This document shows positions 49,907 through 59,868 of a DNA stretch of 64,000 nucleotides, piece by piece; the first letter of the stretch is position 1; each line of letters begins with the position of its first letter. This DNA comes from Desulfomicrobium sp. (GTDB lineage Bacteria > Desulfobacterota > Desulfovibrionia > Desulfovibrionales > Desulfomicrobiaceae). A program made the translations under genes and the position numbers. The stretch is from the NCBI GenBank assembly GCA_040768745.1, contig JAXGMI010000003.1:1-64000 (forward strand), read 5' to 3'. The notes under the pieces were generated by a model. It ran no database searches and was not told where the DNA came from. It saw only the letters and a list, made by a program, of their open reading frames with translations.

Positions 49907-50976
49907 TCCCGCGCATCCTGGTCATCAATCCCGGCTCCACGTCCACGAAGATCGCTGTCTTTGCCGGGGAAGCACCGGTCTTCGTCGAGACCATACGCCA
50001 CGAGGCCGCGGACCTGGCCCGCTTCGGCCAGATCATGGACCAGGAGGGGTACCGGCGGGACCTCATCCTGTCCGGCCTGGACAGACATGGAATGACTCTT
50101 GCCGACCTGGCGGCAGTCATCGGCCGGGGCGGGCTGATGCGCCCCATCCCCGGCGGGGTCTACGCCGTGGACAAAGGCATGCTGGCCGACCTGAAATCCT
50201 GCCGTTTCGGCGTCCACGCCTCGAACCTCGGGGCCATCCTGGCCCGCGACCTGGCGGACGCAGCCGATATCCCGGCCTTCATCGCCGACCCTGTGGTGGT
50301 GGACGAACTGGGCCCCCTGGCCCGCTATTCCGGCCATCCGGCCATCACCCGGCGCAGCGTCTTCCACGCCCTCAACCACAAGGCCGTGGCCCGGCGGGCC
50401 TCGGTGGAGCTCGGGCAGCCCTATGAGCGTCTGCGGCTGGTCATCGCCCATCTGGGCGGCGGCGTGAGTGTGGGCGCCCATGAAAACGGGCGGGTGGTCG
50501 ATGTCAACAATGCCCTGGACGGCGAGGGGCCATTTTCTCCGGAGCGCAGCGGTGGCCTGCCCGCCGCGCAGGTGGTGGACTGGTGCACCGCTGCGGACGC
50601 GGACGAAAAAACGATCCGCCTGCGCATTGCCGGGCAGGGCGGATTTCTGGCCTATCTCGGCACGGCCAGCGGCCTTGAGATCCAGAACCGCATCCAGGCC
50701 GGAGACGAGAGCGCCCGGGAGGTGCACGCGGCACTGGCCTATCAGGTGGCCAAGGAAATCGGATCCATGGGGGCAGTCCTCAGCGGACGGGTCGACGCCG
50801 TCATCCTCACCGGCGGACTCGTCGGCGACCAGGACCTGGTGCGCCTCATCGCCTCCAGGATTGGGTTTCTTGGCCGGATCCTGGTCTATCCGGGAGAGGA
50901 CGAGATGGGCGCCCTGGCTCAGGCCGCTCACCGTGTGCTGTGCGGAACCGAACAGGCCCTGACCTATCCGGGCTGA
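49903..50976 (+). CDS. buk: Butyrate kinase
   Basis: INPGSTSTKIA, GRGG, HASNLG, DPVVVDE, FHALNHKAV, HLGGGVSV, PGEDEM. Confidence 0.94.
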   Translation: MIPRILVINPGSTSTKIAVFAGEAPVFVETIRHEAADLARFGQIMDQEGYRRDLILSGLDRHGMTLADLAAVIGRGGLMRPIPGGVYAVDKGMLADLKSCRFGVHASNLGAILARDLADAADIPAFIADPVVVDELGPLARYSGHPAITRRSVFHALNHKAVARRASVELGQPYERLRLVIAHLGGGVSVGAHENGRVVDVNNALDGEGPFSPERSGGLPAAQVVDWCTAADADEKTIRLRIAGQGGFLAYLGTASGLEIQNRIQAGDESAREVHAALAYQVAKEIGSMGAVLSGRVDAVILTGGLVGDQDLVRLIASRIGFLGRILVYPGEDEMGALAQAAHRVLCGTEQALTYPG

Positions 50977-51120
50977 AGCGGGCCTCGTTCTCCCGCGGGC
51001 GACCTGCCACCTGGATGCCTGCCGGATCACCCCTGCTTCGCATGCGGGCAACCTTCCTGGCCAGGGCTGGCTGGAAGCCAGCATCATTTTTCCATGGGCC
51101 GCAAATTCTGGCCAGAGGCC

Positions 51121-51147
51121 AAAAAAAACCCTGCCGGGGCAGGGTTT
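51121..51147 (-). terminator. Intrinsic terminator of the RRM gene
   Basis: AAACCCTGCC-gg-GGCAGGGTTT with an A-run on the plus strand (U-tract on minus). Confidence 0.7.
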
Positions 51148-51166
51148 GTGGCTCAGATCGACGCGA

Positions 51167-51436
51167 CTACCATCTGGGCCGGCGTTCACGCTCGGGACGG
51201 GGACGGGCTTCGTTGACCTTCAGGGAACGTCCGCCGTAATCGGCGCCGTCCAGGGCGGCGATGGCCTCATCCGCCCCGCTTTCCATCTCCACGAAACCAA
51301 ACCCGCGGGCTCTGCCTGTCTCACGGTCGGAAATGAGTTTGACATTTGCAACCTGGCCATACGTGGCGAACAGGTTTTCCACATCCTGCTCGGTGGCACT
51401 CCAGGGCAGGTTTCCGACATAAATGTTCTTCGACAT
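51167..51436 (-). CDS. Single-RRM RNA-binding protein
   Basis: RNP2 IYVGNL, RNP1 RGFGFVEM, LKVNEARPR. Confidence 0.94.
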   Translation of the reverse strand: MSKNIYVGNLPWSATEQDVENLFATYGQVANVKLISDRETGRARGFGFVEMESGADEAIAALDGADYGGRSLKVNEARPRPERERRPRW

Positions 51437-51683
51437 AATACACTCGTCTCCTTGAAAAAAACTGAAAATTCCAGGTCGAGTCTCCCATCGGATCTGTCGC
51501 GCCTTTGGGTCCGAACCCTTCCCGTCTCCACACACCCTGCACCAACCGACCTCCGATTGATACATGGGGATGGCCATTACGTGCTTCTGGGCAAAGAGGC
51601 AAGGGTTTCTTTCAGAACGACAGTCATTTTCTCCCTCTTTGCCGGCCCTTCCTTCCGCCCGGCAACCGACATGGACCCGATGC

Positions 51684-51718
51684 GGGCATTCTGCTTGCAA
51701 TAACTAACAAGAGTTATT
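51684..51718 (+). promoter_or_regulatory. Candidate promoter/operator of the glycyl radical operon
   Basis: GGGCATTCTGCTTGCA (GG-N10-GC, sigma54-like) overlapping the palindrome AATAACT-N6-AGTTATT (51699-51718). Confidence 0.45.
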
Positions 51719-51728
51719 ACTGAATTTC

Positions 51729-52649
51729 ATGGCCAGTTCCACATCCATGACCGGCACCCTCTTCGCCATCAAACGCTACGCCTTGCACGACGGGCCGGAC
51801 CTGCGCATAAGCGTGTTCTTCAAGGGCTGTCCCCTGTCCTGCCTGTGGTGCCACAACCCCGAAGGCATGCGGTCTGGACCGGAAGCCCATACCTCACCTG
51901 AAAAATGCGTGGCCTGCGGGGCGTGCCTGCTGGCTTGTCCGCACAATGCGCTGCGCGCCGCGGGCCAGACCCTGATCCGGGACCCCTCCGCCTGCCCGGC
52001 CTGCGGGGCATGCGCCGAGGTCTGCCCGTCCCTGGCCCACGAAGTCGTGGGCCGGACGTGGACCGTGGGGGCCGTGCTCGACGAAATCGAGAAGGACGCG
52101 CCTTTTTTTGAAGGCACCTGCGGCGGGGTGACGTTCTCCGGCGGAGAGCCCCTGGACCAGCCCGAATTTCTGGAGGCCCTGCTGGTCGAGTGCGGCCGCC
52201 GGGGCTGGCACCGGGCCCTGGATACCAGTGGCTTCGCACCCTGGGAAACCCTGGACCGCATCAGACGGCATGTCGATCTTTTCCTGTTTGACTTGAAGCA
52301 CATGGATGCGCGGAAGCATCGCGCATGCACGGGAGTGGACAACGCACTGATCCTCGGCAATCTCCGCATTCTGGCGGATCTGGGCTCCCCTCTCCAGCTG
52401 CGCCTGCCCCTCATTCCGGGCCTGAACGACGACGAGGCCAATCTGCGCAGCACCGGACTCTTCGCCGCTTCCCTGCCCGGGGTGCGCAGCATCGACGTGC
52501 TGCCCTACCACTCCGCGGCCAGGGGCAAATACAAAAAACTTGGCCTCGCCTACCCTGCGGACCGCATCCCGCCGGCAAATGCCGAAATGGTGTCCCGGGC
52601 CGCAACGATTCTGCAGAACTGCGGTCTTTCAGTCCGCATCGGAGGATAG
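51729..52649 (+). CDS. Glycyl-radical enzyme activating enzyme (radical SAM with ferredoxin insert)
   Basis: HDGP, GCPLSCLWCHNPE, two CxxCxxCxxxC motifs, GGVTFSGGEP, LPYH. Confidence 0.95.
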   Translation: MASSTSMTGTLFAIKRYALHDGPDLRISVFFKGCPLSCLWCHNPEGMRSGPEAHTSPEKCVACGACLLACPHNALRAAGQTLIRDPSACPACGACAEVCPSLAHEVVGRTWTVGAVLDEIEKDAPFFEGTCGGVTFSGGEPLDQPEFLEALLVECGRRGWHRALDTSGFAPWETLDRIRRHVDLFLFDLKHMDARKHRACTGVDNALILGNLRILADLGSPLQLRLPLIPGLNDDEANLRSTGLFAASLPGVRSIDVLPYHSAARGKYKKLGLAYPADRIPPANAEMVSRAATILQNCGLSVRIGG

Positions 52650-55010
52650 ATGACTCCTCGCATTGACCGCCTGCGCCAGCAGAGCTTTGACGCCGAACCC
52701 TCCATTTCCATCGAGCGGGCCCTGCTGGAAACCCGCTTTTACCGCGACAATTACGGCCGCCACTCCCTGCCCGTGCTGCGCGCCCTGGTATTCAGGGATC
52801 TGTGCGAGAAGAAGGCCCTGTACCTCGGCCGGGACGAACTCATCGTCGGCGAACGGGGTCCCCGGCCCAAATGCGTGCCGACCTTTCCGGAACTGACCTG
52901 CCACACTGCCGATGACCTGCACGTGCTGAGCACCCGGCCCATGACCCGCTACCACGTCAGCCAGGAGGACATCGCGGCTTACGAGAGCGACGTCATCCCC
53001 TACTGGACAGGCCGCTCCATGCGCGACCGCGTCTTCTCCCAGGTCCCGGAGGAATGGCGCGCCGCCTACGAGGCCGGTCTCTTCACCGAATTCATGGAGC
53101 AGCGCGCCCCCGGCCACACGGCCCTGGACGGTACCATCTACTCCGCGGGCATGCTCGATTTCAAGGCGCGCATCGCCGGGCGCATGAATCGCCTGGACTA
53201 CCTGAACGATCCCCTGGCCGCCGACCGGGCCGAACAGCTCCGGGCCATGGACATTGCCTGCGATGCCGCCATCGTCTTTGCCGAACGCCACGCCGACCTG
53301 GCCTGGGAACAGGCCAAAAGCGAGACAGATCCCCTCCGCAGGGCCGAACTGGTCCGCATCGCAGACGTCTGCCGGCATGTCCCGGCCAACGCCCCGCGCG
53401 ATTTCTGGGAGGCCCTGCAGATGTACTGGTTCGTGCATCTGGGCATCATCACGGAGCTCAATGGGTGGGACGCCATGACCCCCGGCCACCTCGACCAGCA
53501 TCTGGCCCCGTTCTACGCCAAAGGACTGGCCGAGGGGACCCTGACCCGCGAGGAGGCCAAGGAGCTGCTGTCCTGTCTGTGGATCAAGGTCAACAACCAC
53601 CCGGCCCCGCCCAAGGTCGGCGTCACGGCCAAGGAGAGCGGCACCTACAACGACTTCACCAACATCAACCTGGGCGGTGTGCAGCGTGATGGCTCCGACG
53701 GCTCAAGCGAACTGTCCTATCTCATTCTGGAGGTGGTGGACGAGCTGAAACTCCTCCAGCCCCAGACCAGCGTGCACATCAGCCAGAAGACCCCGGACCG
53801 CTTCCTCAAAGCCGCGGCCAAGGTCATCAGAAACGGATACGGGTATCCGTCCATTTTCAACACCGACGCCGTGATCATGGAGCAGATCCGTGTCGGCAAG
53901 AGCGTGGAGGACGCGCGGGAGGGTGGCTGTTCCGGATGCATCGAGACCGGGGCCTTCGGCAAAGAGGCCTACATCCTGACCGGGTATCTGAACGTGCCCA
54001 AAGTCCTGGAACTGGCCCTGAATGACGGCCGCGATCAGCTCACCGGCCGGCAGATAGGCCCGCGCACAGGCGACGCGCGGGCATTCGCCACCTTCGAGGA
54101 CCTCTATGCGGCCTTCGCCCGCCAGCTCGACTGGGTGGTGGACCTCAAGGTCCGGGTCAACAACTACATCGAGCGCATGTATGCAGCCCATTCTCCTGCT
54201 CCCTTTTTGTCCGTGGTCATCCACGACTGCATCGAAAAAGGGCAGGACTACTACAACGGCGGCCCGCGCTACAACACCAACTACATCCAGTGCTGCGGCA
54301 TCGGCACGGTCACGGACAGCCTGTCCGCCATCAAAACCCATGTTTATGACGCCAGAACCGTTTCCATGGACCAACTTCTGGCTGCCCTGGCGGACAATTT
54401 CGCGAACCAGGAATCCCTCCGGCTCAGGCTCTGGAACAAGACCCCGTTCTTCGGAAATGACGACGACCGGGCCGACGACATCATGCGCAGGGTCTACGAC
54501 AGCCTGTTTCAGACCATCGACGGACGGCCCAACACCAAGGGCACGACCTACCACCTGAACATGCTCTCCACCACATGCCATGTCTATTTCGGCAAGATGC
54601 TCGGGGCCTCGGCCAACGGACGTCTGGCTGGCCAGCCAGAATCCGACGGGACCTCCCCCTCCCACGGGGCGGACAGGAACGGTCCCACGGCCGTGGTCAA
54701 GTCCCTGGCCAAAATGGACCAGATCAAATCCGGCGGCACGCTGCTGAACCAGCGTTTCCTGCCCGGCGTACTGAAGACCGATCAGGACCTGGACAAGCTC
54801 GCCCTGCTGGTGCGCGCCTATTTCCGCCTTGGCGGCCATCATATCCAGTTCAACGTGGTGGACACCGATACCCTGCGCAAGGCCCAGGCCCGGCCGGAGG
54901 AATACCGCAATCTGCTGGTCCGTGTGGCCGGCTACAGCGACTACTTCGTGGACCTGGATCTGGACCACCAGGAGGAGATCATCCGACGCACGGGCCAGGA
55001 CATGGGCTGA
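52650..55010 (+). CDS. hypD: trans-4-hydroxy-L-proline dehydratase-type glycyl radical enzyme
   Basis: Motifs recalled from HypD: FTEFMEQRAPGHT, WDA, PAPPKVG.T.KES.TY.DF, SGCIETG.FGKEAY.LTGY, TTCH.YFG, RVAGYS. Confidence 0.88.
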   Translation: MTPRIDRLRQQSFDAEPSISIERALLETRFYRDNYGRHSLPVLRALVFRDLCEKKALYLGRDELIVGERGPRPKCVPTFPELTCHTADDLHVLSTRPMTRYHVSQEDIAAYESDVIPYWTGRSMRDRVFSQVPEEWRAAYEAGLFTEFMEQRAPGHTALDGTIYSAGMLDFKARIAGRMNRLDYLNDPLAADRAEQLRAMDIACDAAIVFAERHADLAWEQAKSETDPLRRAELVRIADVCRHVPANAPRDFWEALQMYWFVHLGIITELNGWDAMTPGHLDQHLAPFYAKGLAEGTLTREEAKELLSCLWIKVNNHPAPPKVGVTAKESGTYNDFTNINLGGVQRDGSDGSSELSYLILEVVDELKLLQPQTSVHISQKTPDRFLKAAAKVIRNGYGYPSIFNTDAVIMEQIRVGKSVEDAREGGCSGCIETGAFGKEAYILTGYLNVPKVLELALNDGRDQLTGRQIGPRTGDARAFATFEDLYAAFARQLDWVVDLKVRVNNYIERMYAAHSPAPFLSVVIHDCIEKGQDYYNGGPRYNTNYIQCCGIGTVTDSLSAIKTHVYDARTVSMDQLLAALADNFANQESLRLRLWNKTPFFGNDDDRADDIMRRVYDSLFQTIDGRPNTKGTTYHLNMLSTTCHVYFGKMLGASANGRLAGQPESDGTSPSHGADRNGPTAVVKSLAKMDQIKSGGTLLNQRFLPGVLKTDQDLDKLALLVRAYFRLGGHHIQFNVVDTDTLRKAQARPEEYRNLLVRVAGYSDYFVDLDLDHQEEIIRRTGQDMG

Positions 55011-55177
55011 CCAGGGCAGTCTCGGCGGGGAGAGGCGCCCTCCGGACAGCCTTTCCGCCCCCGATGCCGGCCTCTGCTTGCATTTTCCGCTTTTTTGACC
55101 CAAAGGCAAAATATGCTTTCGGCCGAATTGGCCCCCAATCATCCGTTTCCATACACATCAAAAAACAAGGAGCTCCC

Positions 55178-55918
55178 ATGAAACGTATCCTGTTCTTCGC
55201 CCTGCTGGCCCTGGCCTTGTGCGCGACAACGGCGTCGGCCAAAAAGCTGATCGTGGCCACGGACACCAACTTCCCGCCCTTTGAATTCAAGGACCCCCAA
55301 TCCGGGAAGCACACCGGCTTCGACGTGGAACTCTGGGACGCCATCGCCAAGCAGATCGGAGCCGAGTACGAACTGCAGCCCATGGATTTCAACGGCATCA
55401 TTCCCGGTCTGCAGTCCGGCCAGCTGGACGTGGGCATCGCCGGCATGACCATCAAGCCGGAACGCGCCAAGGTAGTGGACTTCTCCGATCCCTACTACAA
55501 CGCGGGTCTCCTGATCCTGGTCAAGGCCGACAACACGACGATCACCGACGTGAAGAGCCTGGCAGGAAAGATCGTGTCCACCAAGCTCGGCACAACCAGC
55601 GAGGATTTCGCCAAGAAGGAAGCCGGGGCCAAGGAAGTCAAACTCTTCCCCAACAATGACGCCATGTTCATGGAACTGATGGCCGGAGGAGCCGACGCGG
55701 TCATCTTCGACTCCCCCGTGGTCTCCGACTTCATGCGTACGGCCGGCAAAGGCCAGGTCAAGGTGGTCGGCCCCTTGTACATGGGCCAGTCCTACGGCAT
55801 CGCCTTTCCCAAGGGCAGCGACCTCCCGGCCAAGACCAACGCGGCCCTGAAGAAACTCAGGGACAGCGGCGCCTACCGCGATCTGTACATCAAATGGTTC
55901 GGCACCGAACCCAAATAA
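55178..55918 (+). CDS. glnH: Polar amino acid (glutamine-like) ABC transporter substrate-binding protein
   Basis: Signal peptide, VATDTNFPPFEF, GFDVELWDAIA, MDFNGIIPGLQ, FSDPYY. Confidence 0.85.
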   Translation: MKRILFFALLALALCATTASAKKLIVATDTNFPPFEFKDPQSGKHTGFDVELWDAIAKQIGAEYELQPMDFNGIIPGLQSGQLDVGIAGMTIKPERAKVVDFSDPYYNAGLLILVKADNTTITDVKSLAGKIVSTKLGTTSEDFAKKEAGAKEVKLFPNNDAMFMELMAGGADAVIFDSPVVSDFMRTAGKGQVKVVGPLYMGQSYGIAFPKGSDLPAKTNAALKKLRDSGAYRDLYIKWFGTEPK

Positions 55919-55969
55919 CCTCCGCCAGCCCAGGGAGGCGGGCCATCCTGCCTCCCTTTCGAGACGTCC

Positions 55970-56638
55970 ATGGCCTTTCAGTTCCAACCCCACATCGTCG
56001 TCGAAACCCTGCCCATGCTCATGCGCGGGGTGTGGTACACGGTCTACCTGACTGTCGGCGGACTCTTTTTCGGCTTTCTGCTGGGCGTGACCGCCGGACT
56101 CATGAAGCTGGCCCGGCCGGTCCTGGCCCGCAAGCTCTCCGGGATGTACGTTGAACTCATCCGCGGCACCCCCATGCTGGTGCAGGCCATGTTCCTCTAC
56201 TACGGGGTGCCCATGGCCGTGGGTCTGCGCATCCCCCCGCTGGTGGCCGGAATCATCGTCATCGCCGTCAACTCCGGGGCCTACATCGCGGAAATCGTGC
56301 GCGGGGCCATCCAGTCCATCAACATCGGCCAGACCGAGGCCGGACGTTCCATCGGCCTGACCAGGGCCCAGACCATGCGCTACATCATCTGGCCCCAGGC
56401 CTTCCGGCGCATGATCCCGCCCCTGGGCAACCAGTTCATCATCAGCCTGAAGGACACCTCCCTGCTCATGGTCATCGGCGTGGGCGAGCTGCTGCGCACG
56501 GGGCAGGAGATCGTGGCCGTCAATTTCCGGGCCTTCGAGGTCTACATGGCCGTGGCCATAGTCTACCTGGCCATGACCATGAGCATCGCCAAAGCCCTGC
56601 GCATGCTTGAACACAGGCTGACCACCAGGACCAGATGA
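55970..56638 (+). CDS. glnP: Polar amino acid ABC transporter permease
   Basis: [36 protein letters not shown]. Confidence 0.85.
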   Translation: MAFQFQPHIVVETLPMLMRGVWYTVYLTVGGLFFGFLLGVTAGLMKLARPVLARKLSGMYVELIRGTPMLVQAMFLYYGVPMAVGLRIPPLVAGIIVIAVNSGAYIAEIVRGAIQSINIGQTEAGRSIGLTRAQTMRYIIWPQAFRRMIPPLGNQFIISLKDTSLLMVIGVGELLRTGQEIVAVNFRAFEVYMAVAIVYLAMTMSIAKALRMLEHRLTTRTR

Positions 56639-56645
56639 CAGCACC

Positions 56646-57386
56646 ATGATCACAATCAAGAATCTGCACAAACAATTCGGGGACCTGGAAGTTCTCAAAG
56701 GCATTGATCTGGAGATCAAGGCGGGGGAGGTGATCTGCGTCATCGGGCCGTCGGGTTCGGGCAAATCCACGGTGCTCCGCTGCATCAACCGCCTGGAAAC
56801 GCCCACCTCGGGCACCGTCATTGTCGACGGCCACGACATCATGGACCCCAGGACCGACATCAACTACGTCCGCACCGAAGCGGGCATGGTCTTCCAGCAG
56901 TTCAACCTTTTCCCGCACATGAGCGTACTGGAAAACGTGACCCTGGGCCCCCTCAAGGTCCGCAAGATAAAACCCGAAGATGCCAGACACCTGGGCTACG
57001 ACCTGCTGGCCAAGGTCGGCCTGGCAGCCAAGGCCGAGAACTATCCGGATCAGCTTTCGGGCGGCCAGAAACAACGCGTGGCCATCGCCCGGGCCCTGGC
57101 TCTGCAACCCAAGGTCATCCTCTTCGACGAGCCCACCTCGGCCCTGGACCCGGAACTGGTCGGGGAAGTGCTGGAAGTGATGAAAAAGCTGGCGGCCGAG
57201 GGCATGACCATGGTTGTGGTCACCCACGAAATGGGATTCGCCCGCGAGGTGGCCGACAGGGTCATCTTCATCGACCAGGGCGTGATCCAGGAGGAAGGGC
57301 CTCCGCACGAATTTTTCACCAACCCCAGACACCCCCGCCTGCGCGATTTTCTGGGCAAGGTCGTGCACAAATGCGCGGACGACTGA
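56646..57386 (+). CDS. glnQ: Polar amino acid ABC transporter ATPase
   Basis: [38 protein letters not shown]. Confidence 0.9.
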   Translation: MITIKNLHKQFGDLEVLKGIDLEIKAGEVICVIGPSGSGKSTVLRCINRLETPTSGTVIVDGHDIMDPRTDINYVRTEAGMVFQQFNLFPHMSVLENVTLGPLKVRKIKPEDARHLGYDLLAKVGLAAKAENYPDQLSGGQKQRVAIARALALQPKVILFDEPTSALDPELVGEVLEVMKKLAAEGMTMVVVTHEMGFAREVADRVIFIDQGVIQEEGPPHEFFTNPRHPRLRDFLGKVVHKCADD

Positions 57387-57392
57387 ACTTCC

Positions 57393-58109
57393 CTAGGCTT
57401 TGCTGACTTCGGTTTCGATGCGGCCCACGAGCCGGGTGAAAACCTCTGGAACCGGGGCGGCGACAGTCATGCCCTGCCCTGAAAAGGGATGCACGAAGGT
57501 GATGGAGCGGGCGTGCAGGGCCAGCCGGGGAAAGCCGTCCTTCACCCCGTATTTTCTGTCTCCGACCACCGCATGCCCCAGGTCGGCCATCTGCACCCGG
57601 ATCTGGTGTTTGCGCCCGGTCAGGAGGGCAATCTCAAGCAGGCTGTACTCCCCTCTGGTCTGCACAACCCGCCATGCGGTCTGGGCCAGCTTTCCCGCGG
57701 ACGTGTCCCGCGTCGCATAGACCTTGTGCACCCCGCTCTCCACCAGATACGAAATGGCTGTCCCCCCCGGCCTGTCCATGGTGCCGTGCACCACGGCCAG
57801 ATACTCCTTTGTGGTCCCCACCCATCCGTCCTGCAGGGCCCGCTTGGCTGCCTCAGTCCTGGCGAAGAGCACGATGCCCGAGGTATCGCGGTCCAGGCGG
57901 TGGACGATGAACAGGCGGCTCCTGGACTTGGGGTTGCCCTTTCTGACGTAGTCCGTCAGGGCGAAGTAGGCAGTGCGAACCTTTTCTGTGTCCGTGGCCA
58001 TGGTCAGCATCCCGGCGGGCTTGTCCACGACCAGGACGTCCCTGTCTTCGTACATGATGACAAGGTCGGGTGGCAGATGCCTTGACCCCGGGCGGACTGG
58101 CTGTGACAT
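57393..58109 (-). CDS. RluA-family pseudouridine synthase
   Basis: VDKPAG, HRLDRDTSG, TGRKHQIRVQ, GDRKYG, LALHA. Confidence 0.92.
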   Translation of the reverse strand: MSQPVRPGSRHLPPDLVIMYEDRDVLVVDKPAGMLTMATDTEKVRTAYFALTDYVRKGNPKSRSRLFIVHRLDRDTSGIVLFARTEAAKRALQDGWVGTTKEYLAVVHGTMDRPGGTAISYLVESGVHKVYATRDTSAGKLAQTAWRVVQTRGEYSLLEIALLTGRKHQIRVQMADLGHAVVGDRKYGVKDGFPRLALHARSITFVHPFSGQGMTVAAPVPEVFTRLVGRIETEVSKA

Positions 58110-58122
58110 GGCGCTCCTCATG

Positions 58123-58154
58123 AAAAAAAACGCGCGGAAACCCATTCCGCGCGT
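58123..58154 (-). terminator. Intrinsic terminator after bfr
   Basis: ACGCGCGGAA-accca-TTCCGCGCGT with an adjacent A8 run. Confidence 0.75.
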
Positions 58155-58180
58155 CTGCACAACAGCAATGAACCCGAAGC

Positions 58181-58723
58181 CTAGTTGCCGCCGCTGATCA
58201 GAAATCCCTTGGTGGAGGGACCAGTGGAAGAGGAGGTGCCGGCGATCTTGGACAGGTACGTGTCTCCCAACGTCTCGATGTGGTTGCCCACGTTGTCAAA
58301 GTAGTTCATGTGGGCCTGCTCCTCCTCGATGATGGTCTCGAACAGCTTGGCGCTGATGGCGTCCCCATTGTCTCGGCAGGTCAGCAGCAACTGGCTGTAC
58401 ACGTCAATGGTGTCATCCTCGAGCTGGGTGTCGTAGGGATAGATGGACCGCACATCCTGGGCCTTTTTCAGATCGCCATCGTAGGAAGTGACGGGTTCAC
58501 CACCCAGTTCCTTGACCCGCTCGGCGAACATTTCGGCGTGCCGCATCTCGTCGATGGCGATCAGCTTCATCTTGGCGGCCAGTTCGCCGTAATCCATGCT
58601 GTCCAGATTGTAGTGCTGGTTCATGTACTGGGTGATGGCAAACAGCTCCATGGCCCGGGCCTTGTTCAACACTTCTACAACGCGCGCCTTGCGCTCTTCC
58701 TTGGACGGACGTGCTTTGCTCAT
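58181..58723 (-). CDS. bfr: Bacterioferritin
   Basis: ELFAITQYM..H, IDEMRHAE, EDDTI..Y, EEEQAH ferroxidase centre. Confidence 0.9.
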   Translation of the reverse strand: MSKARPSKEERKARVVEVLNKARAMELFAITQYMNQHYNLDSMDYGELAAKMKLIAIDEMRHAEMFAERVKELGGEPVTSYDGDLKKAQDVRSIYPYDTQLEDDTIDVYSQLLLTCRDNGDAISAKLFETIIEEEQAHMNYFDNVGNHIETLGDTYLSKIAGTSSSTGPSTKGFLISGGN

Positions 58724-58909
58724 GATTTTCCTCCGATATGACAAAACAAGTTGCTGTTTCAAAAAACTCGGTCTGCGTGATGTCTAGCAAAGGGGCTCAG
58801 CCGGGGGCAAGTCATTTATGCCCGATCGTTGGGTGTGGGAAGCCTTGATGGAGGCAGCGTTCAGGAGTAAGCAACACTCCTCTCCCGATTCGGAAAGCCA
58901 GGAACATCC

Positions 58910-59788
58910 ATGCTCGTCTATGCCCAACTTGTCAGTTCCGTCTTTTTCTGGGGTGCCACCTGGATCTCCGGCCGCGTCCTGGCCCAGGACATGGGACCAT
59001 TTTCCGCGGCCCTGCTGCGCTTCGTGACGGCTTCGGCCTTCCTGCTCTTCTGGTCCTGGCGCGTGAACGGGTCCTTCCCCGCACTGCCGAAAAAAGACAT
59101 CCTGCCTGTGGCCTTCCTGGGCCTGACCGGCATCTTCCTCTACAACGCCTTCTTCTTCACGGGCCTGCAGACTGTCCCGGCCGGACGCGCGGCCCTGATC
59201 ATCGCCTCGGTGCCCGTGATCATCAGCATCGTCTCGGCCATGATGCTCGGAGAGCCCCTGACGCGATCCAAGATCGTCGGAACACTGCTGTCCCTGACGG
59301 GAGCGTCCATCGTCCTCTCCGGGGGCAATCCCCTGGGTCTTTTCCGGGGCGGCCTGTCCCGCGGAGACCTCATGATCCTGGGCTGCGTGGCCGCCTGGAC
59401 CGCCTACTCCGTGGCCGGCAGCCGGGTCATGAAGCGGGTCAACCCCCTCATGGCCGTGACCTGGTCCTGCATCCTCGGCACCCTCATGCTCGTCGCGCCC
59501 GCCCTGACCTTCGGGCTGATCGGGGACATCGGCCGGGCCAGCCTCGTGGACTGGGGCAACATCCTCTTCCTGGGCGTCGTGGCCACGGGCGTGGCCTTCA
59601 CCTGGTACTACGCCGGCATCCGCGCCATCGGCGCCGCCCGGGCCGGCATCTTCATCAACCTGGTGCCCGTTTTCGCCATCGCCATGGGCTACGTCATCCT
59701 GGACGAACCCGTCACCTCCTCCCTGCTCACTGGCGGCGCCATGGTTATCTCCGGGGTCTGGCTGGCCAATCGGCCCTCCTCTTCCTGA
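58910..59788 (+). CDS. DMT/EamA family transporter
   Basis: FFWGATWISGR, GIFLYNAFFFTGL, RAGIFINLVPV. Confidence 0.9.
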   Translation: MLVYAQLVSSVFFWGATWISGRVLAQDMGPFSAALLRFVTASAFLLFWSWRVNGSFPALPKKDILPVAFLGLTGIFLYNAFFFTGLQTVPAGRAALIIASVPVIISIVSAMMLGEPLTRSKIVGTLLSLTGASIVLSGGNPLGLFRGGLSRGDLMILGCVAAWTAYSVAGSRVMKRVNPLMAVTWSCILGTLMLVAPALTFGLIGDIGRASLVDWGNILFLGVVATGVAFTWYYAGIRAIGAARAGIFINLVPVFAIAMGYVILDEPVTSSLLTGGAMVISGVWLANRPSSS

Positions 59789-59868
59789 AGAAGAAGTTAC
59801 GCTCGAAGGTTTTTAGGTCCCATCGGTCGTACAGGACCCATAGAGCCTATTTCGCCAATGCAAAAGCG

